Shown: piece by piece, positions 19,623 to 29,350 of the stretch
Layout of the letters: each line of letters opens with the position of its first letter
How positions within the stretch are numbered: the first letter of the stretch is position 1
NCBI GenBank assembly: GCA_902567095.1
Contig: CACFLG010000005.1
Span: 1,267 to 65,266 of the forward strand
DNA from: an uncultured OM182 clade bacterium
GTDB taxonomy: Bacteria > Pseudomonadota > Gammaproteobacteria > Pseudomonadales > Azotimanducaceae
Length of the DNA stretch: 64,000 bases
Direction of reading: 5' to 3'
The notes under the pieces: generated by a model
What the model was told of the DNA's origin: nothing
The model's input: the letters and a program-made list of their open reading frames with translations, nothing else
Databases searched by the model: none
Made by a program: the position numbers and the translations under genes

Positions 19623-20246
19623 TCATTTTTTTGACAACAGTTCGATGAAACGCTCACAATCGCCAGCTAAAAAAACTAAAAGCTCGTCCACTTTTCGTTC
19701 AAAATAGCGTTGAAAAAATAAAGTTGGGATAGCAACAATCAAACCTGCCGCAGTAGTAATCAATGCTTGTGATATACCTCCTGCTAGCGCGCTAGTAAAA
19801 CCTCCTCCAGCGGTTTCAACAACCCCAAAAACAGTTATCATCCCAATAACCGTGCCTAAAAGACCAAGCAACGGGGTTATTGCAGCAATGGTGCCAAGGG
19901 TTCCAAGGTTTCTCAGCAATTCATGTTCAACGAAACTTGCCGCATTTTCTGCAGAAGTACGCATCGCATCGTATCCGTCATTCTTTTTTGCGAAAGCTGA
20001 GATAAAAAGAAAGCCAAGAAAAGAATCGCCTCCCAAACTAACAATACTATTCTTGTCAACGCCTATTCTTGTGGCAGGGTTATTCAATTCTCTAAGTAGT
20101 TTCCTTGGAAGAATATTTTCTCTCCGCAATACCCACGAGCGCTCTATCACGATCGCCAACGAAATCACTGAGCAAAAAATGATTGGAAGCATAAGCCAGC
20201 CCCCAGCACCTATGAGTTCAAACACGGAATCTCTGACGTTAAGCAA
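19623..20246 (-). CDS. exbB: MotA/TolQ/ExbB proton channel protein
   Basis: GGWLMLPI, TPLLGLLGTVIGMI, GISQALITTAAGL. Confidence 0.85.
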   Translation of the reverse strand: MLNVRDSVFELIGAGGWLMLPIIFCSVISLAIVIERSWVLRRENILPRKLLRELNNPATRIGVDKNSIVSLGGDSFLGFLFISAFAKKNDGYDAMRTSAENAASFVEHELLRNLGTLGTIAAITPLLGLLGTVIGMITVFGVVETAGGGFTSALAGGISQALITTAAGLIVAIPTLFFQRYFERKVDELLVFLAGDCERFIELLSKK

Positions 20247-20315
20247 ATATAAACTTTATCACAAAAAAAAGGTTTCTAATCACTTTAGTGATCTCAAAAA
20301 AATAGATAAAATCTA

Positions 20316-21527
20316 CTAAGCAACTATTCCCTGTTTGAATAAGTCTCCGACCTCTGAATCCCCTAAACCAAGATCATCTTTTAAAATCTCTTCGGTATGC
20401 TCACCTAACACAGGAGCCGGTAACGCTGCTAGATTCTCCGATTCACTGAACCTTATAGGAGATCCTGAAGCTATATAACTGCCGATCTCTGGTTGATTAA
20501 TTAATCCCATCATTGGGTTAGCGATTGAGCAATCGACGTCTTTTTCGACCATCTCTTTAAATGTTCTGTATGGTCCGTAACAAACACCATGCTCGTCCAG
20601 AAAGGCGCAGACTTCTTCATAGACTCTTGATTTGAACCAAGGCTCGAGGATCTTTGCAATAGCTTCTTTTGCTTTGAACCTATCTCCCTCTTTGCTGAAA
20701 TCTAAGCTCATCGAAGCTTCTAGCGCAACAATTTCATCTTTGCTGCCAGTGGCTACTAATATAGAACTCCACTGTCTCGGCGTAAGGCCAACTATCATTA
20801 AGCGTCTTTTATCTTTTGTTTCAAAATCCCTCCCAAAAGCACCATAAAGGTAGTTCCCGTATTTTTTCCTATCTTCGCCATTTATCGTAACCTCCGAAAT
20901 ATTTCCAAGATTACTGGTCGTCGCTATCGCTACATCTTTCAGCGCTAATTTAACCAGCTGACCTTCTCTTTCTATTCGTCGATGCCTCTCCGCGGCCAAG
21001 ACCGCTATTGCAGCCATTTGTCCAGTAATGTTGTCCCAAGCAGGAAGAAGATAATTTGTCGGCTCGTCATTGTTCTGACTGCCTGTTAATGTTGCAAAGC
21101 CGACAGCACAGTTCACTGTGTAGTCCAAAGCCGAGCCACCCAGACGATCTCCCATGATATTGACATAGATTAGGTCGTCTCTTGTCGCGCGAAGTTTTTC
21201 ATACGCTAACCACCCTCTCTCAGGGAAATTCGTCAGAAAAATTCCATCTGCGAAGCTGTTTCCAGCTAGAAGAGAGGTTATAAGTTCTCTGCCTCGAGGA
21301 TGACCAATGTCAACTTGAAAAGATCGTTTTCCTTTATTCATTCCAGCCCAAAACAAACTAGCCCCTTCTTTAGTGACCGGCCAGCGCCTGTAATCTAGAC
21401 CACCGCCTATTGGATCGAATCTAATTACGTCCGCACCTAGCTGCGCTAAAGTCATACCTCCAAGGGGGGCCGCGACAAATGCAGAACCTTCAAGAATCCG
21501 TAAACCTTTAAGAATTCCTTTTTTCAT
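20316..21527 (-). CDS. mct: Mesaconyl-CoA C1-C4 CoA transferase (2-methylfumaryl-CoA isomerase), family III
   Basis: EGSAFVAAPLGGMTLAQLGADVIRFDPIGGGLDY.RWP, LPAWD and GNYLYGAFGRDF closely match Chloroflexus Mct as I recall it. Confidence 0.85.
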   Translation of the reverse strand: MKKGILKGLRILEGSAFVAAPLGGMTLAQLGADVIRFDPIGGGLDYRRWPVTKEGASLFWAGMNKGKRSFQVDIGHPRGRELITSLLAGNSFADGIFLTNFPERGWLAYEKLRATRDDLIYVNIMGDRLGGSALDYTVNCAVGFATLTGSQNNDEPTNYLLPAWDNITGQMAAIAVLAAERHRRIEREGQLVKLALKDVAIATTSNLGNISEVTINGEDRKKYGNYLYGAFGRDFETKDKRRLMIVGLTPRQWSSILVATGSKDEIVALEASMSLDFSKEGDRFKAKEAIAKILEPWFKSRVYEEVCAFLDEHGVCYGPYRTFKEMVEKDVDCSIANPMMGLINQPEIGSYIASGSPIRFSESENLAALPAPVLGEHTEEILKDDLGLGDSEVGDLFKQGIVA

Positions 21528-21530
21528 AAA

Positions 21531-22526
21531 TCATCCTCTCGAGATCACTCCTAATCGCCAATCTAGTACCTTCGTCTCTTTTTGACCTTCTTTTACAGAG
21601 ACTTCGCTCTCAGCAAACACTTCTACGGTCAAATCTAAGATAGAAAACTCATCATAATCTTCACGTTGGTTTACTAAAACTTCGCTTCTTAATATATCTC
21701 CCTCAAATACTGGAGCTAGGTGTTCGCAGTGAAACCAACAAATGATAGTGATCAAACCAGGTAAAGCGCGACTAACTTGAGCGGCAGCTAAAGATATCGT
21801 ATGTCCCCCATAAACAAGCCGCTCAGAGTAGCCGCCTTTCTTCGAATCAAGATGGGTCATCGCAAGATTCAATGTTAGTCGAACGATCTCCGGTGCTGAA
21901 GTAACAGTATCTCTAGCTTCTATGACAATTCTCTGCCCTACCTCTAAGTGAACCTGTTTCGGACTAAATTCTTTAAAATTCCAGGGTGGCACCAAGGCCT
22001 TGAGTTTATCGAAATCAAGAGAAACAGATATCAAGTCAAAATCATCATTTTTCCCAGTGTCTGCCTCAGAGTCTCTACATGGAAGCATCGGGCATCTATA
22101 AAAATTCAAAACAGACTGGCCCTCTTGGTTTGAGACCTCAATATAAAGCGCGGCCATCCCGCTTGCAGCTCGTCCCGGTTTTATTCTGTTTTGCCGCAGC
22201 GCGACCACAGAAGTCTTGGTCTTGAGCGTATCACCCAGAAAGACAGGCAGCCTAAAAGCAACTCCCCGGTAAAAAAGGTTTCCGAGCACCCTTTGAGATG
22301 GAATTGTACTTAATCCAATTGCTATGTTTGCCACTAAGCAAGAATTTACCAGCGGCGTAGGCGATTTTGTAACTTTTTTACTCAGAGGCCAACTTAAAGG
22401 CAGCGCCAAGCGATCCCCGAAAGCCATTTGGTGAGCAGCCAGATGACCTTCAGTAATTGTAACTTCGGGCACATTGTTAAATTCATCGCCCACATTCAAA
22501 TCTTCAAACCACGGAGAACCTGACAT
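21531..22526 (-). CDS. Double hot-dog MaoC-family acyl-CoA hydratase (candidate mesaconyl-CoA hydratase)
   Basis: WFEDLNVG, PVFLGDTL, RLVYGGHTIS, APVFEGDIL; co-transcribed with mct. Confidence 0.7.
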   Translation of the reverse strand: MSGSPWFEDLNVGDEFNNVPEVTITEGHLAAHQMAFGDRLALPLSWPLSKKVTKSPTPLVNSCLVANIAIGLSTIPSQRVLGNLFYRGVAFRLPVFLGDTLKTKTSVVALRQNRIKPGRAASGMAALYIEVSNQEGQSVLNFYRCPMLPCRDSEADTGKNDDFDLISVSLDFDKLKALVPPWNFKEFSPKQVHLEVGQRIVIEARDTVTSAPEIVRLTLNLAMTHLDSKKGGYSERLVYGGHTISLAAAQVSRALPGLITIICWFHCEHLAPVFEGDILRSEVLVNQREDYDEFSILDLTVEVFAESEVSVKEGQKETKVLDWRLGVISRG

Positions 22527-22680
22527 GCCCCCAATCCTTTTTTAACCAGAGTATTTTGATCGACTTACATTATAGGATAATCAGGGTATTTTCGCAGGAT
22601 CAAAATGACAGCCCGGTCATCAATCAGCCGTTCAGAGGCTATAAAGTCGATCGTTGTTACAAGTCAGAGCTTGGGAAGCA

Positions 22681-22926
22681 TTAATCTTTTCGAATATCTG
22701 GAAAAAGGAGCAAGTTTTGACTAGATGCGCTATTCAGAGCTTCCGAAAACCTTTTTTTCGATGGATCTTGCAATTCAAGCATCATTTTCAAATGATGAAT
22801 TACTTTTCTGCCCGTCTTCTGCTTCGATCTAGTTCGACTCATCTTCTTCGCTGCCCTCATCGCTAACTTAGAGTGCATTCGCGACTTGAGAGAACCGGTC
22901 GAGTTCACTATGACATTGCTTTTCAT
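22681..22926 (-). CDS. Small basic hypothetical protein, predicted SOS-inducible
   Basis: 81-aa ORF with a GAGGT RBS and two LexA boxes upstream; no recognisable family. Confidence 0.6.
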   Translation of the reverse strand: MKSNVIVNSTGSLKSRMHSKLAMRAAKKMSRTRSKQKTGRKVIHHLKMMLELQDPSKKRFSEALNSASSQNLLLFPDIRKD

Positions 22927-22950
22927 CGATTAACCTCGCACCAATAGTTT

Positions 22951-22996
22951 TACTGTACAAACGAACAGTATCAAGAATATGTATATTTGTACAGTA
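22951..22996. promoter_or_regulatory. Two LexA (SOS) boxes overlapping a sigma70 promoter
   Basis: taCTGtacaaacgaaCAGta (22951-22970, perfect CTG-N10-CAG) and atATGtatatttgtaCAGta (22977-22996, one mismatch). Minus strand reads TTGATA-CTG..CAG-TAAAAC. Confidence 0.8.
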
Positions 22997-22997
22997 C

Positions 22998-25571
22998 TTA
23001 AGAAAAAACTATCGCATTGTTAGACACTTGGGCCTTTATGTTGGCTTTCTGGGACTTTTCTTCTGAAATCAACTGGAGAGCTATCGGGTTTTCGACTAAA
23101 TCCCTTATCGATCTTTTTAGGGGGCGGGCACCGTCCAAGGCAGAAAATCCGTCTTTAGCGATAAAGTCACAAACCTCCTCATCAAACTCAAATTCAATAC
23201 CTTCTAAAAACAAACGAGATTTGAGTTTATTTAGCTCGATTATTGAAATCTGTTTTATCTCTGCCTCTCCTAACGGGTTGAAGGTGACAATATCATCGAT
23301 GCGATTGATGAATTCGGGCCTGAAATTCGCCTTCACTTTGTTCATAACTAACCCTTTTAGAGTTGACATATTGTCACCAGCGTTTAAACCAACTTGAATT
23401 TCTTCCGCACCCAAATTAGAGGTCATTACAACAATTGCATTCTTAAAATTGACTCTCCTGCCCTTGTTATCACTCAAATGGCCGTCATCAAGAATCTGTA
23501 ACAAGAGATCGAAAATCTCCGGGTGAGCTTTTTCAATTTCATCCAATAAAATGAGACTGTGCGGACGTTTTCTTACCGCTTCCGTCAGGAGCCCCGAACT
23601 TTCATATCCTATATACCCTGGAGGGGCCCCTATTAACTTGCTTACCGAGTGTTTCTCCATGAACTCAGACATGTCAAGCCTTATCAGGGCTTGTTTATTA
23701 TCAAACAAGAGATCAGCTAAAACCTTACACAATTCCGTCTTTCCTACTCCCGTTGGACCCAGGAATAAAAACGACCCGTTCGGCCTTTCCGGATCCGCAA
23801 TACCGGCTCTAGAGCGCCGAATAGCGTTGGAAACGGCACTAATTGCGTGAGATTGTCCTACTACTCTTGCGCTGAGCTCGGATTCAAGATTTATCAATCG
23901 CTCTCTTTCTTCTTCTAACATTTTAGCTACAGGAATGCCTGTCCACTTCGAAACTATCTCGGCGATTTCCGCTTCGGTAACTCGATCTCTTAACAGTTTA
24001 TTTTTAACGCTTTTATTCTCTTGTTGCTCAAAAAGCTCTTTTTCAAGTTCAGGAATCACTCCATACTGGAGCTCTGACATTCCTGCTAGATCGCCTGAAC
24101 GCCTAAGCGATTCGAGTCTAAGCTTCGTATCATCTAGCTTAGTTCGCAACTCCCGAGACTTCGATACCACCAGTTTTTCAACGCTCCATATTTGATTGAG
24201 CTCGGCTAAACTATTTTCGTTCTCTGTGATTTCTTGCTGCAGCATGGCCTCTCGTTTTCGGGAATCTTTATCATCTTCGTTCTTAAGCGCCTCTGATTCG
24301 ATCTTCAGCTGTATTATTCTTCTTTCAAGCTTATCCATTTCTTGGGGTTTCGAGTCGATTTCCATACGAATCAAACTCGCTGCCTCATCAACTAAATCGA
24401 TCGCCTTATCTGGTAAATGACGATCTGAAATAAATTTGCTCGATAACTGACCGGCAGCGACTAAAGCCGGGTCTGTTATTTCTACGCCATGGTGCAAGGA
24501 ATAACGTTCTTTGAGTCCTCGCAAAATAGCTATGGTCGAAGACACATCTGGCTCCGAAACGTTTATTTTTTGAAATCGTCTCTCTAACGCAGCATCTTTT
24601 TCGATATTTTCTCTATACTCTTCATAAGTAGTCGCGCCAACACAGTGCAACTTTCCTCTCGCCAAAGCTGGCTTTAGCATATTCCCGGCATCCATTGAGC
24701 CTTCCGCTTTCCCGGCGCCCACCAAGTTGTGAATTTCGTCTATAAACAAAATTATCTCGCCCTCTCTACTTTCAAGATCACGGATAATTGCCTGAAGCCG
24801 TTCCTCAAAATCACCACGGAATTTCGCACCCGCAACAACGCTTGCCATGTCGAGCGATAAAACTTTCTTCCGCTTTAATCCATCAGGGACTTCGTTATCA
24901 ACAATCCTCTGAGCTAACCCTTCCAGGATTGCTGTCTTCCCAACTCCCGGGTCACCGATAAGCACAGGGTTATTTTTTGTGCGCCGTTGCAGCACCTGAA
25001 TAGTTCTTCTTATTTCATCGTCTCTTCCTATAACCGGATCAAGTTTTCCCAATGCTGCACTCTCAGTTAAATCAATAGTAAATTTTGAAAGAGCCTGCAT
25101 CGTCTCCTCTGAACTGACTTCCTGAATAACTTTTCCTTTCCTTAACGTTTGTATGGCTCCACGAATTCGGTCGCAGTTAATTCCGAAGCTATCGAACACA
25201 CGTCGAAGCTTTTGATCCTTTTCTACGCTCGCTAAAAAAAATATTTCGGTGGAAACAAAACTGTCTCCGAATTGAGCTTTCAGCGATTCAGATTGAGCAA
25301 AGATTTCATTGAAATTCTTCGATGGTTTTAACGAGTCAACGCCTCCAACTTGCTCGGGAAGGAGATCAATCTCGTCACTAATTTTCTGAGCTAACAAAGA
25401 TGAATCAATCTGAATTAACTCAAAAATCTCGAAAACTGTTCCCTCTCGATCTAACAGGAACACACTCATCAAGTGCAAAGAGGAAAGTTGATTATGGCTC
25501 TTCGATCGCGCAAACCTCTCCGCTTGAACAAATACTTCTTGAAGTTTTCTAGTACATTTCTCGAGTATCAT
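22998..25571 (-). CDS. clpB: ATP-dependent disaggregase ClpB
   Basis: Two AAA+ modules ([16 protein letters not shown]), long coiled-coil M domain, [11 protein letters not shown]. Confidence 0.95.
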   Translation of the reverse strand: MILEKCTRKLQEVFVQAERFARSKSHNQLSSLHLMSVFLLDREGTVFEIFELIQIDSSLLAQKISDEIDLLPEQVGGVDSLKPSKNFNEIFAQSESLKAQFGDSFVSTEIFFLASVEKDQKLRRVFDSFGINCDRIRGAIQTLRKGKVIQEVSSEETMQALSKFTIDLTESAALGKLDPVIGRDDEIRRTIQVLQRRTKNNPVLIGDPGVGKTAILEGLAQRIVDNEVPDGLKRKKVLSLDMASVVAGAKFRGDFEERLQAIIRDLESREGEIILFIDEIHNLVGAGKAEGSMDAGNMLKPALARGKLHCVGATTYEEYRENIEKDAALERRFQKINVSEPDVSSTIAILRGLKERYSLHHGVEITDPALVAAGQLSSKFISDRHLPDKAIDLVDEAASLIRMEIDSKPQEMDKLERRIIQLKIESEALKNEDDKDSRKREAMLQQEITENENSLAELNQIWSVEKLVVSKSRELRTKLDDTKLRLESLRRSGDLAGMSELQYGVIPELEKELFEQQENKSVKNKLLRDRVTEAEIAEIVSKWTGIPVAKMLEEERERLINLESELSARVVGQSHAISAVSNAIRRSRAGIADPERPNGSFLFLGPTGVGKTELCKVLADLLFDNKQALIRLDMSEFMEKHSVSKLIGAPPGYIGYESSGLLTEAVRKRPHSLILLDEIEKAHPEIFDLLLQILDDGHLSDNKGRRVNFKNAIVVMTSNLGAEEIQVGLNAGDNMSTLKGLVMNKVKANFRPEFINRIDDIVTFNPLGEAEIKQISIIELNKLKSRLFLEGIEFEFDEEVCDFIAKDGFSALDGARPLKRSIRDLVENPIALQLISEEKSQKANIKAQVSNNAIVFS

Positions 25572-25603
25572 TTGTTTTTCTCTTTCAATTCTTAGACTCT
25601 GTT

Positions 25604-25631
25604 ACTTTGGGTCTATCCTTTTAATTTCAAG
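25604..25631 (-). promoter_or_regulatory. Putative sigma32 heat-shock promoter of clpB
   Basis: Minus strand CTTGAA-N14-CCCAAAGT; -35 matches consensus, -10 is imperfect. Confidence 0.4.
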
Positions 25632-25731
25632 CTCTTTTAGATTTATAGTAGTTTAGAACATTGCATACCGTGAACTATAGGTTATTGTCGCCCTGTCTCA
25701 TTAATTAACGCTAGACCCTAAAGTAACAAAT

Positions 25732-26229
25732 ATGAGTGAGAAAAAAATCTACATAACTCCACAGGGAGCGAGAAGCCTCCGTGACGAACTAGATACACTT
25801 TGGAGAAAAACTCGTCGTGAGGTTACCAAACAAGTTAGTGAGGCTGCAGCTTTGGGAGATAGAAGCGAAAATGCTGATTATATATACGGAAAGAAAAGGC
25901 TCAGAGAAATCGACAAGAGAATTAGATATATAACGAAAAGGCTTGACCAGATCTCTATCGTCGAGGCCCTTCCAAATGATCTTGGCAAGGTTTATTTTGG
26001 TGCATGGGTTACGATTGAGCGGGACAATGGAAAGACTGAAACGGTTCGCATAGTTGGACCTGACGAAATCGAGCCAAAATCCCACTGGATAAGCATTAAT
26101 TCCCCAATGGCTAGGGCGCTTATTGGAAAAGAAAAGGGCGACGATTGCGAGGTCATGACCCCTGAGGGAAAATCAAAAATTGTAATTCGTGACGTCGACT
26201 ACAAAACAACTACTAGGGCAAAGAAATGA
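25732..26229 (+). CDS. greB: Transcription elongation factor GreB
   Basis: YITPQG, AAALGDRSENADYIYGKKRLREID, ISINSPMARAL. Confidence 0.93.
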   Translation: MSEKKIYITPQGARSLRDELDTLWRKTRREVTKQVSEAAALGDRSENADYIYGKKRLREIDKRIRYITKRLDQISIVEALPNDLGKVYFGAWVTIERDNGKTETVRIVGPDEIEPKSHWISINSPMARALIGKEKGDDCEVMTPEGKSKIVIRDVDYKTTTRAKK

Positions 26230-27311
26230 GTTACGAGCGTAATAACATCCGTAAAATGCTGGGTTACTCAAGCGGAGAGCAACCGGGCAGTGCCGACAGC
26301 ATAAAACTCAACACAAATGAAAACCCCTACCCGCCATCGCCAAACGTATTGAAAGCAGGCACAAAATTTCAATATAACAACCTAAGACTTTACCCAGATG
26401 GCAACGCTGATGGTCTGAGAAGAGCAATTTCCCAGCTCCACTCCGTAAGCCCAACAAATGTTTTAGCGACTCGAGGCGGAGACGAACTATTACGGCTCTT
26501 AGTCACTACGTTTGTAGACCCTGGAAAAAAGATAGGAATGACCTACCCAACTTACTCCCTCTACCCAGTGCTAGCAGAAATACAAGACTGCCCAATCGAA
26601 TCAGTCGAACTAAACTCTGACTGGAAAGTTCCAGACCACTTTGCATCGGACATGAATGATAAAGGCGTAAAGTTATGTTTCCTAGTCAATCCTCATTCGC
26701 CAACGGGCACTTTTACAACCAAGGCCAAGATTGAGGAAATAGCCAATGAACTCGACTCGATTCTTGTTATTGATGAGGCATATATCGACTTCATTGATGA
26801 TCAATTTCAAAGCTGCATTGACTTAATTCCGAGACACGACAATTTGATCGTACTCAGAACTCTGAGCAAGGGCTACTCGTTAGCTGGATTAAGAGTAGGC
26901 TACGGGATTGCCCAAGAGGAATTGATCCATCCGATGCTCACCAAAACTAAAGATAGCTACAACCTTGATCAAATCAGCCAGGTCATAGCCACGTGCGCGC
27001 TAGAAGACCAAGAACACAAGAGAAAGTGTTCCACTCTAATAAAAGCATCGCGCAATAAATTGCAAGAGGGATTAGAAAAGTTGGGGCTCGCCGTAGCACC
27101 AAGTCAGGCTAATTTTCTTTTAGTTACAATACCTGACCAATTCCAACTAACAGCATATGATCTTTACAAAGAACTAAAAACTAAAAACATCTTCGTTAGA
27201 TATTTCAATATGCCTCGCTTAGAAGATAAGCTTCGCATAAGCGTTGGATTGCCCGAGCAAAATAAAAAACTCATTAAAATTATAGAACCCCTGTTATACA
27301 GACCTAAATGA
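26226..27311 (+). CDS. hisC: Histidinol-phosphate aminotransferase
   Basis: KLNTNENPYPPSP, DEAYIDF, RTLSKGYSLAGLRVG. Confidence 0.88.
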   Translation: MSYERNNIRKMLGYSSGEQPGSADSIKLNTNENPYPPSPNVLKAGTKFQYNNLRLYPDGNADGLRRAISQLHSVSPTNVLATRGGDELLRLLVTTFVDPGKKIGMTYPTYSLYPVLAEIQDCPIESVELNSDWKVPDHFASDMNDKGVKLCFLVNPHSPTGTFTTKAKIEEIANELDSILVIDEAYIDFIDDQFQSCIDLIPRHDNLIVLRTLSKGYSLAGLRVGYGIAQEELIHPMLTKTKDSYNLDQISQVIATCALEDQEHKRKCSTLIKASRNKLQEGLEKLGLAVAPSQANFLLVTIPDQFQLTAYDLYKELKTKNIFVRYFNMPRLEDKLRISVGLPEQNKKLIKIIEPLLYRPK

Positions 27312-27784
27312 TCGAATCAACCCGTAATGAAGAAACCCAATCTACGATATTGGTTTTGAGACCTAATAATTCTCTCACGTGGAGATTGAACTTAGTATTA
27401 CTTCTCTTAGTCGCAGCGGTATCTATTTCGATCGCTATAAGTTTTTTGATTGCCGGAGCTTGGGTCATTCTTCCGTTTTCGCTGGTTGAGCTAGTATTGC
27501 TCGCGTTATGCATTCATTACGTCGCCAAACAATGCGCCAGACAAGAAGTCATCACAATTTCGGAGTTCGAAGTATTAGTTGAAATGGGAATAAGAAAACC
27601 GACAAAAAAGGCTTGCTATCAAAGAATCTGGTCAAAATTTTTTGTCAGACCGGGCAAGAGTGTTCAAGACCCTGAAAAGGTTGTAATTCGTTCTCACGGC
27701 GACGAACTAGAAATAGGAGAGTTTCTAAATAAAGATGATAAAGCAGACCTTGTCAGGATTTTGAAAAAGACGGTAGCCATCTAA
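27308..27784 (+). CDS. DUF2244-family membrane protein
   Basis: LRPNNSL, GAWVILPFS, EIGEFL; two TM segments. Confidence 0.75.
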   Translation: MIESTRNEETQSTILVLRPNNSLTWRLNLVLLLLVAAVSISIAISFLIAGAWVILPFSLVELVLLALCIHYVAKQCARQEVITISEFEVLVEMGIRKPTKKACYQRIWSKFFVRPGKSVQDPEKVVIRSHGDELEIGEFLNKDDKADLVRILKKTVAI

Positions 27785-27805
27785 ACAGATTTCTTTTCTG
27801 TTTAA

Positions 27806-28645
27806 CTATCCTCGTAACCGCATAAGTCCCTCTTGGGAAACCGATGCAATTAGGCATCCCTCGGAAGAGAACATTAAGCCTCGATTAAAACCTCTGCCAT
27901 TTGATGCTTTCGGACTCTCGATAACGGCGAGAACCCATTTATCAATTCGGAATCTCTGATGAAACCACATAGAGTGGTCTAAACTCGCTGTTTGCAAACC
28001 ATTTAGCCAAGACATTTTATGCGGCAAACCAGAAGTGCTCAGTAACCCCATATCGGACGCGTATGCAAGAAATCCCTGATGTTCCGAATATTGGTCGCTT
28101 AACTTTTTCTTACTCCTCAACCAAATATGCTGAACCGGCAACATTTTTTTTGGGTTAGCGAAGTCTATGTCCTCAACTCTTTTAAGCTCTATGGGTCTCT
28201 CTCGACACAAAATTTTTCTTTGTTCTTCAGTAACCGCATCAAGATTTTCTTTCATTCTTTCGATATCGGTGGGTAACTCCTCTGGGAGGGGGACTGGAGG
28301 CATTTTGAATTGATGCACAAACCCTTTCTCAGTCCTTTGCAAAGAAGCAGTCATGATAAAAATTGTACGGCCTTTTTGAATTGCAGTTACTCGACGAGTT
28401 GAAAAGCTTTTACCGTTTCGGACTCGATCTACCTCATACAGTATCGGCTCATTAGGATCGCCCGGTCTCAAAAAGTAAGCGTGCAAAGAGTGACAATTAC
28501 CAACAGTAACCGTATGGATGGCCGAGAGCAAAGCTTGAGCTAAAACATACCCACCGAAAACCCGTTCGAGCCCACTTTCTTCAGGCTTCCCTTGAAACAG
28601 GTTCTCCTCGATTCTTTTTAGATGTAATTTTTCTAGAGTGTTCAT
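27806..28645 (-). CDS. tesB: Acyl-CoA thioesterase II
   Basis: RVFGGYVLAQAL, SLHAYFLRPGD, ASLDHSMWFH, QEGLMR. Confidence 0.92.
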   Translation of the reverse strand: MNTLEKLHLKRIEENLFQGKPEESGLERVFGGYVLAQALLSAIHTVTVGNCHSLHAYFLRPGDPNEPILYEVDRVRNGKSFSTRRVTAIQKGRTIFIMTASLQRTEKGFVHQFKMPPVPLPEELPTDIERMKENLDAVTEEQRKILCRERPIELKRVEDIDFANPKKMLPVQHIWLRSKKKLSDQYSEHQGFLAYASDMGLLSTSGLPHKMSWLNGLQTASLDHSMWFHQRFRIDKWVLAVIESPKASNGRGFNRGLMFSSEGCLIASVSQEGLMRLRG

Positions 28646-28830
28646 GCTATTTCCGAGCTATCTCCGAGCCCGCATCCTCTGCCTTCGATAATTTTAGGAA
28701 AGTCCCGCTGACGGCGTCCAAAAAATACCCGGCGACGATCGAAATCTCTAATAATATTGGTACAGTTTCCCGCACGTTTGAAAAAAGTTAAAAAAAATAG
28801 ACAATATCAAAGAATTTTCTTGTCGCAACT

Positions 28831-29334
28831 ATGTTGAACCTTAAAAAATATTTCCCGACTCAGCAAGAGATAAAAGAAATGAAATATCTCCATGTTTTTG
28901 GAGATCTTCTTTTCGAGCCAAATCTTTGGCACTTCAACCGGAATTCTCTTTCCTATGCTTTTTTGATAGGAGGTTTTTTTTGTTTTATGCCAATGCCTTT
29001 TCAGACTATACCTTGTGTCTTGGTTGCTCTCTGGATCAGATGCAACCTCCCCGTCTCTATTGCTGTAGTTTGGATTAGCAACCCTATCACCATAGGTCCA
29101 ATGATTTATTTCTCGATAATAGTGGGCCAAGAAGTCCTAGGAGGCGGGACTCTTCTTGTTCCGTTAGACCTCAACTTGAGCTGGATTAAAAATCAAATCG
29201 CCGTTATTTGGAAACCCCTTCTTGTGGGCAGCTTCGTGTGCGGCGTCTCTGCCGGGGTGGCCGGCTTTCTTGGGGTGCGAGCCTACTATAGACTAAAAAT
29301 TATGAACTATAAGAGGCGTAAGACTTCTAGCTGA
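28831..29334 (+). CDS. DUF2062-family membrane protein
   Basis: PNLWHFNR, PMPFQ, WISNPIT; adjacent to lolCDE. Confidence 0.8.
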   Translation: MLNLKKYFPTQQEIKEMKYLHVFGDLLFEPNLWHFNRNSLSYAFLIGGFFCFMPMPFQTIPCVLVALWIRCNLPVSIAVVWISNPITIGPMIYFSIIVGQEVLGGGTLLVPLDLNLSWIKNQIAVIWKPLLVGSFVCGVSAGVAGFLGVRAYYRLKIMNYKRRKTSS

Positions 29335-29350
29335 TTGCTGTTTTTTATGG

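Noticed and set aside
20316..22526. Autotrophic 3-hydroxypropionate bicycle
   Set aside because: The key enzymes malonyl-CoA reductase and propionyl-CoA synthase are not in the window; two genes cannot support the claim.
22681..22926. sulA
   Set aside because: SOS boxes are present, but the protein is too short and shows no SulA/RecA-like pattern.
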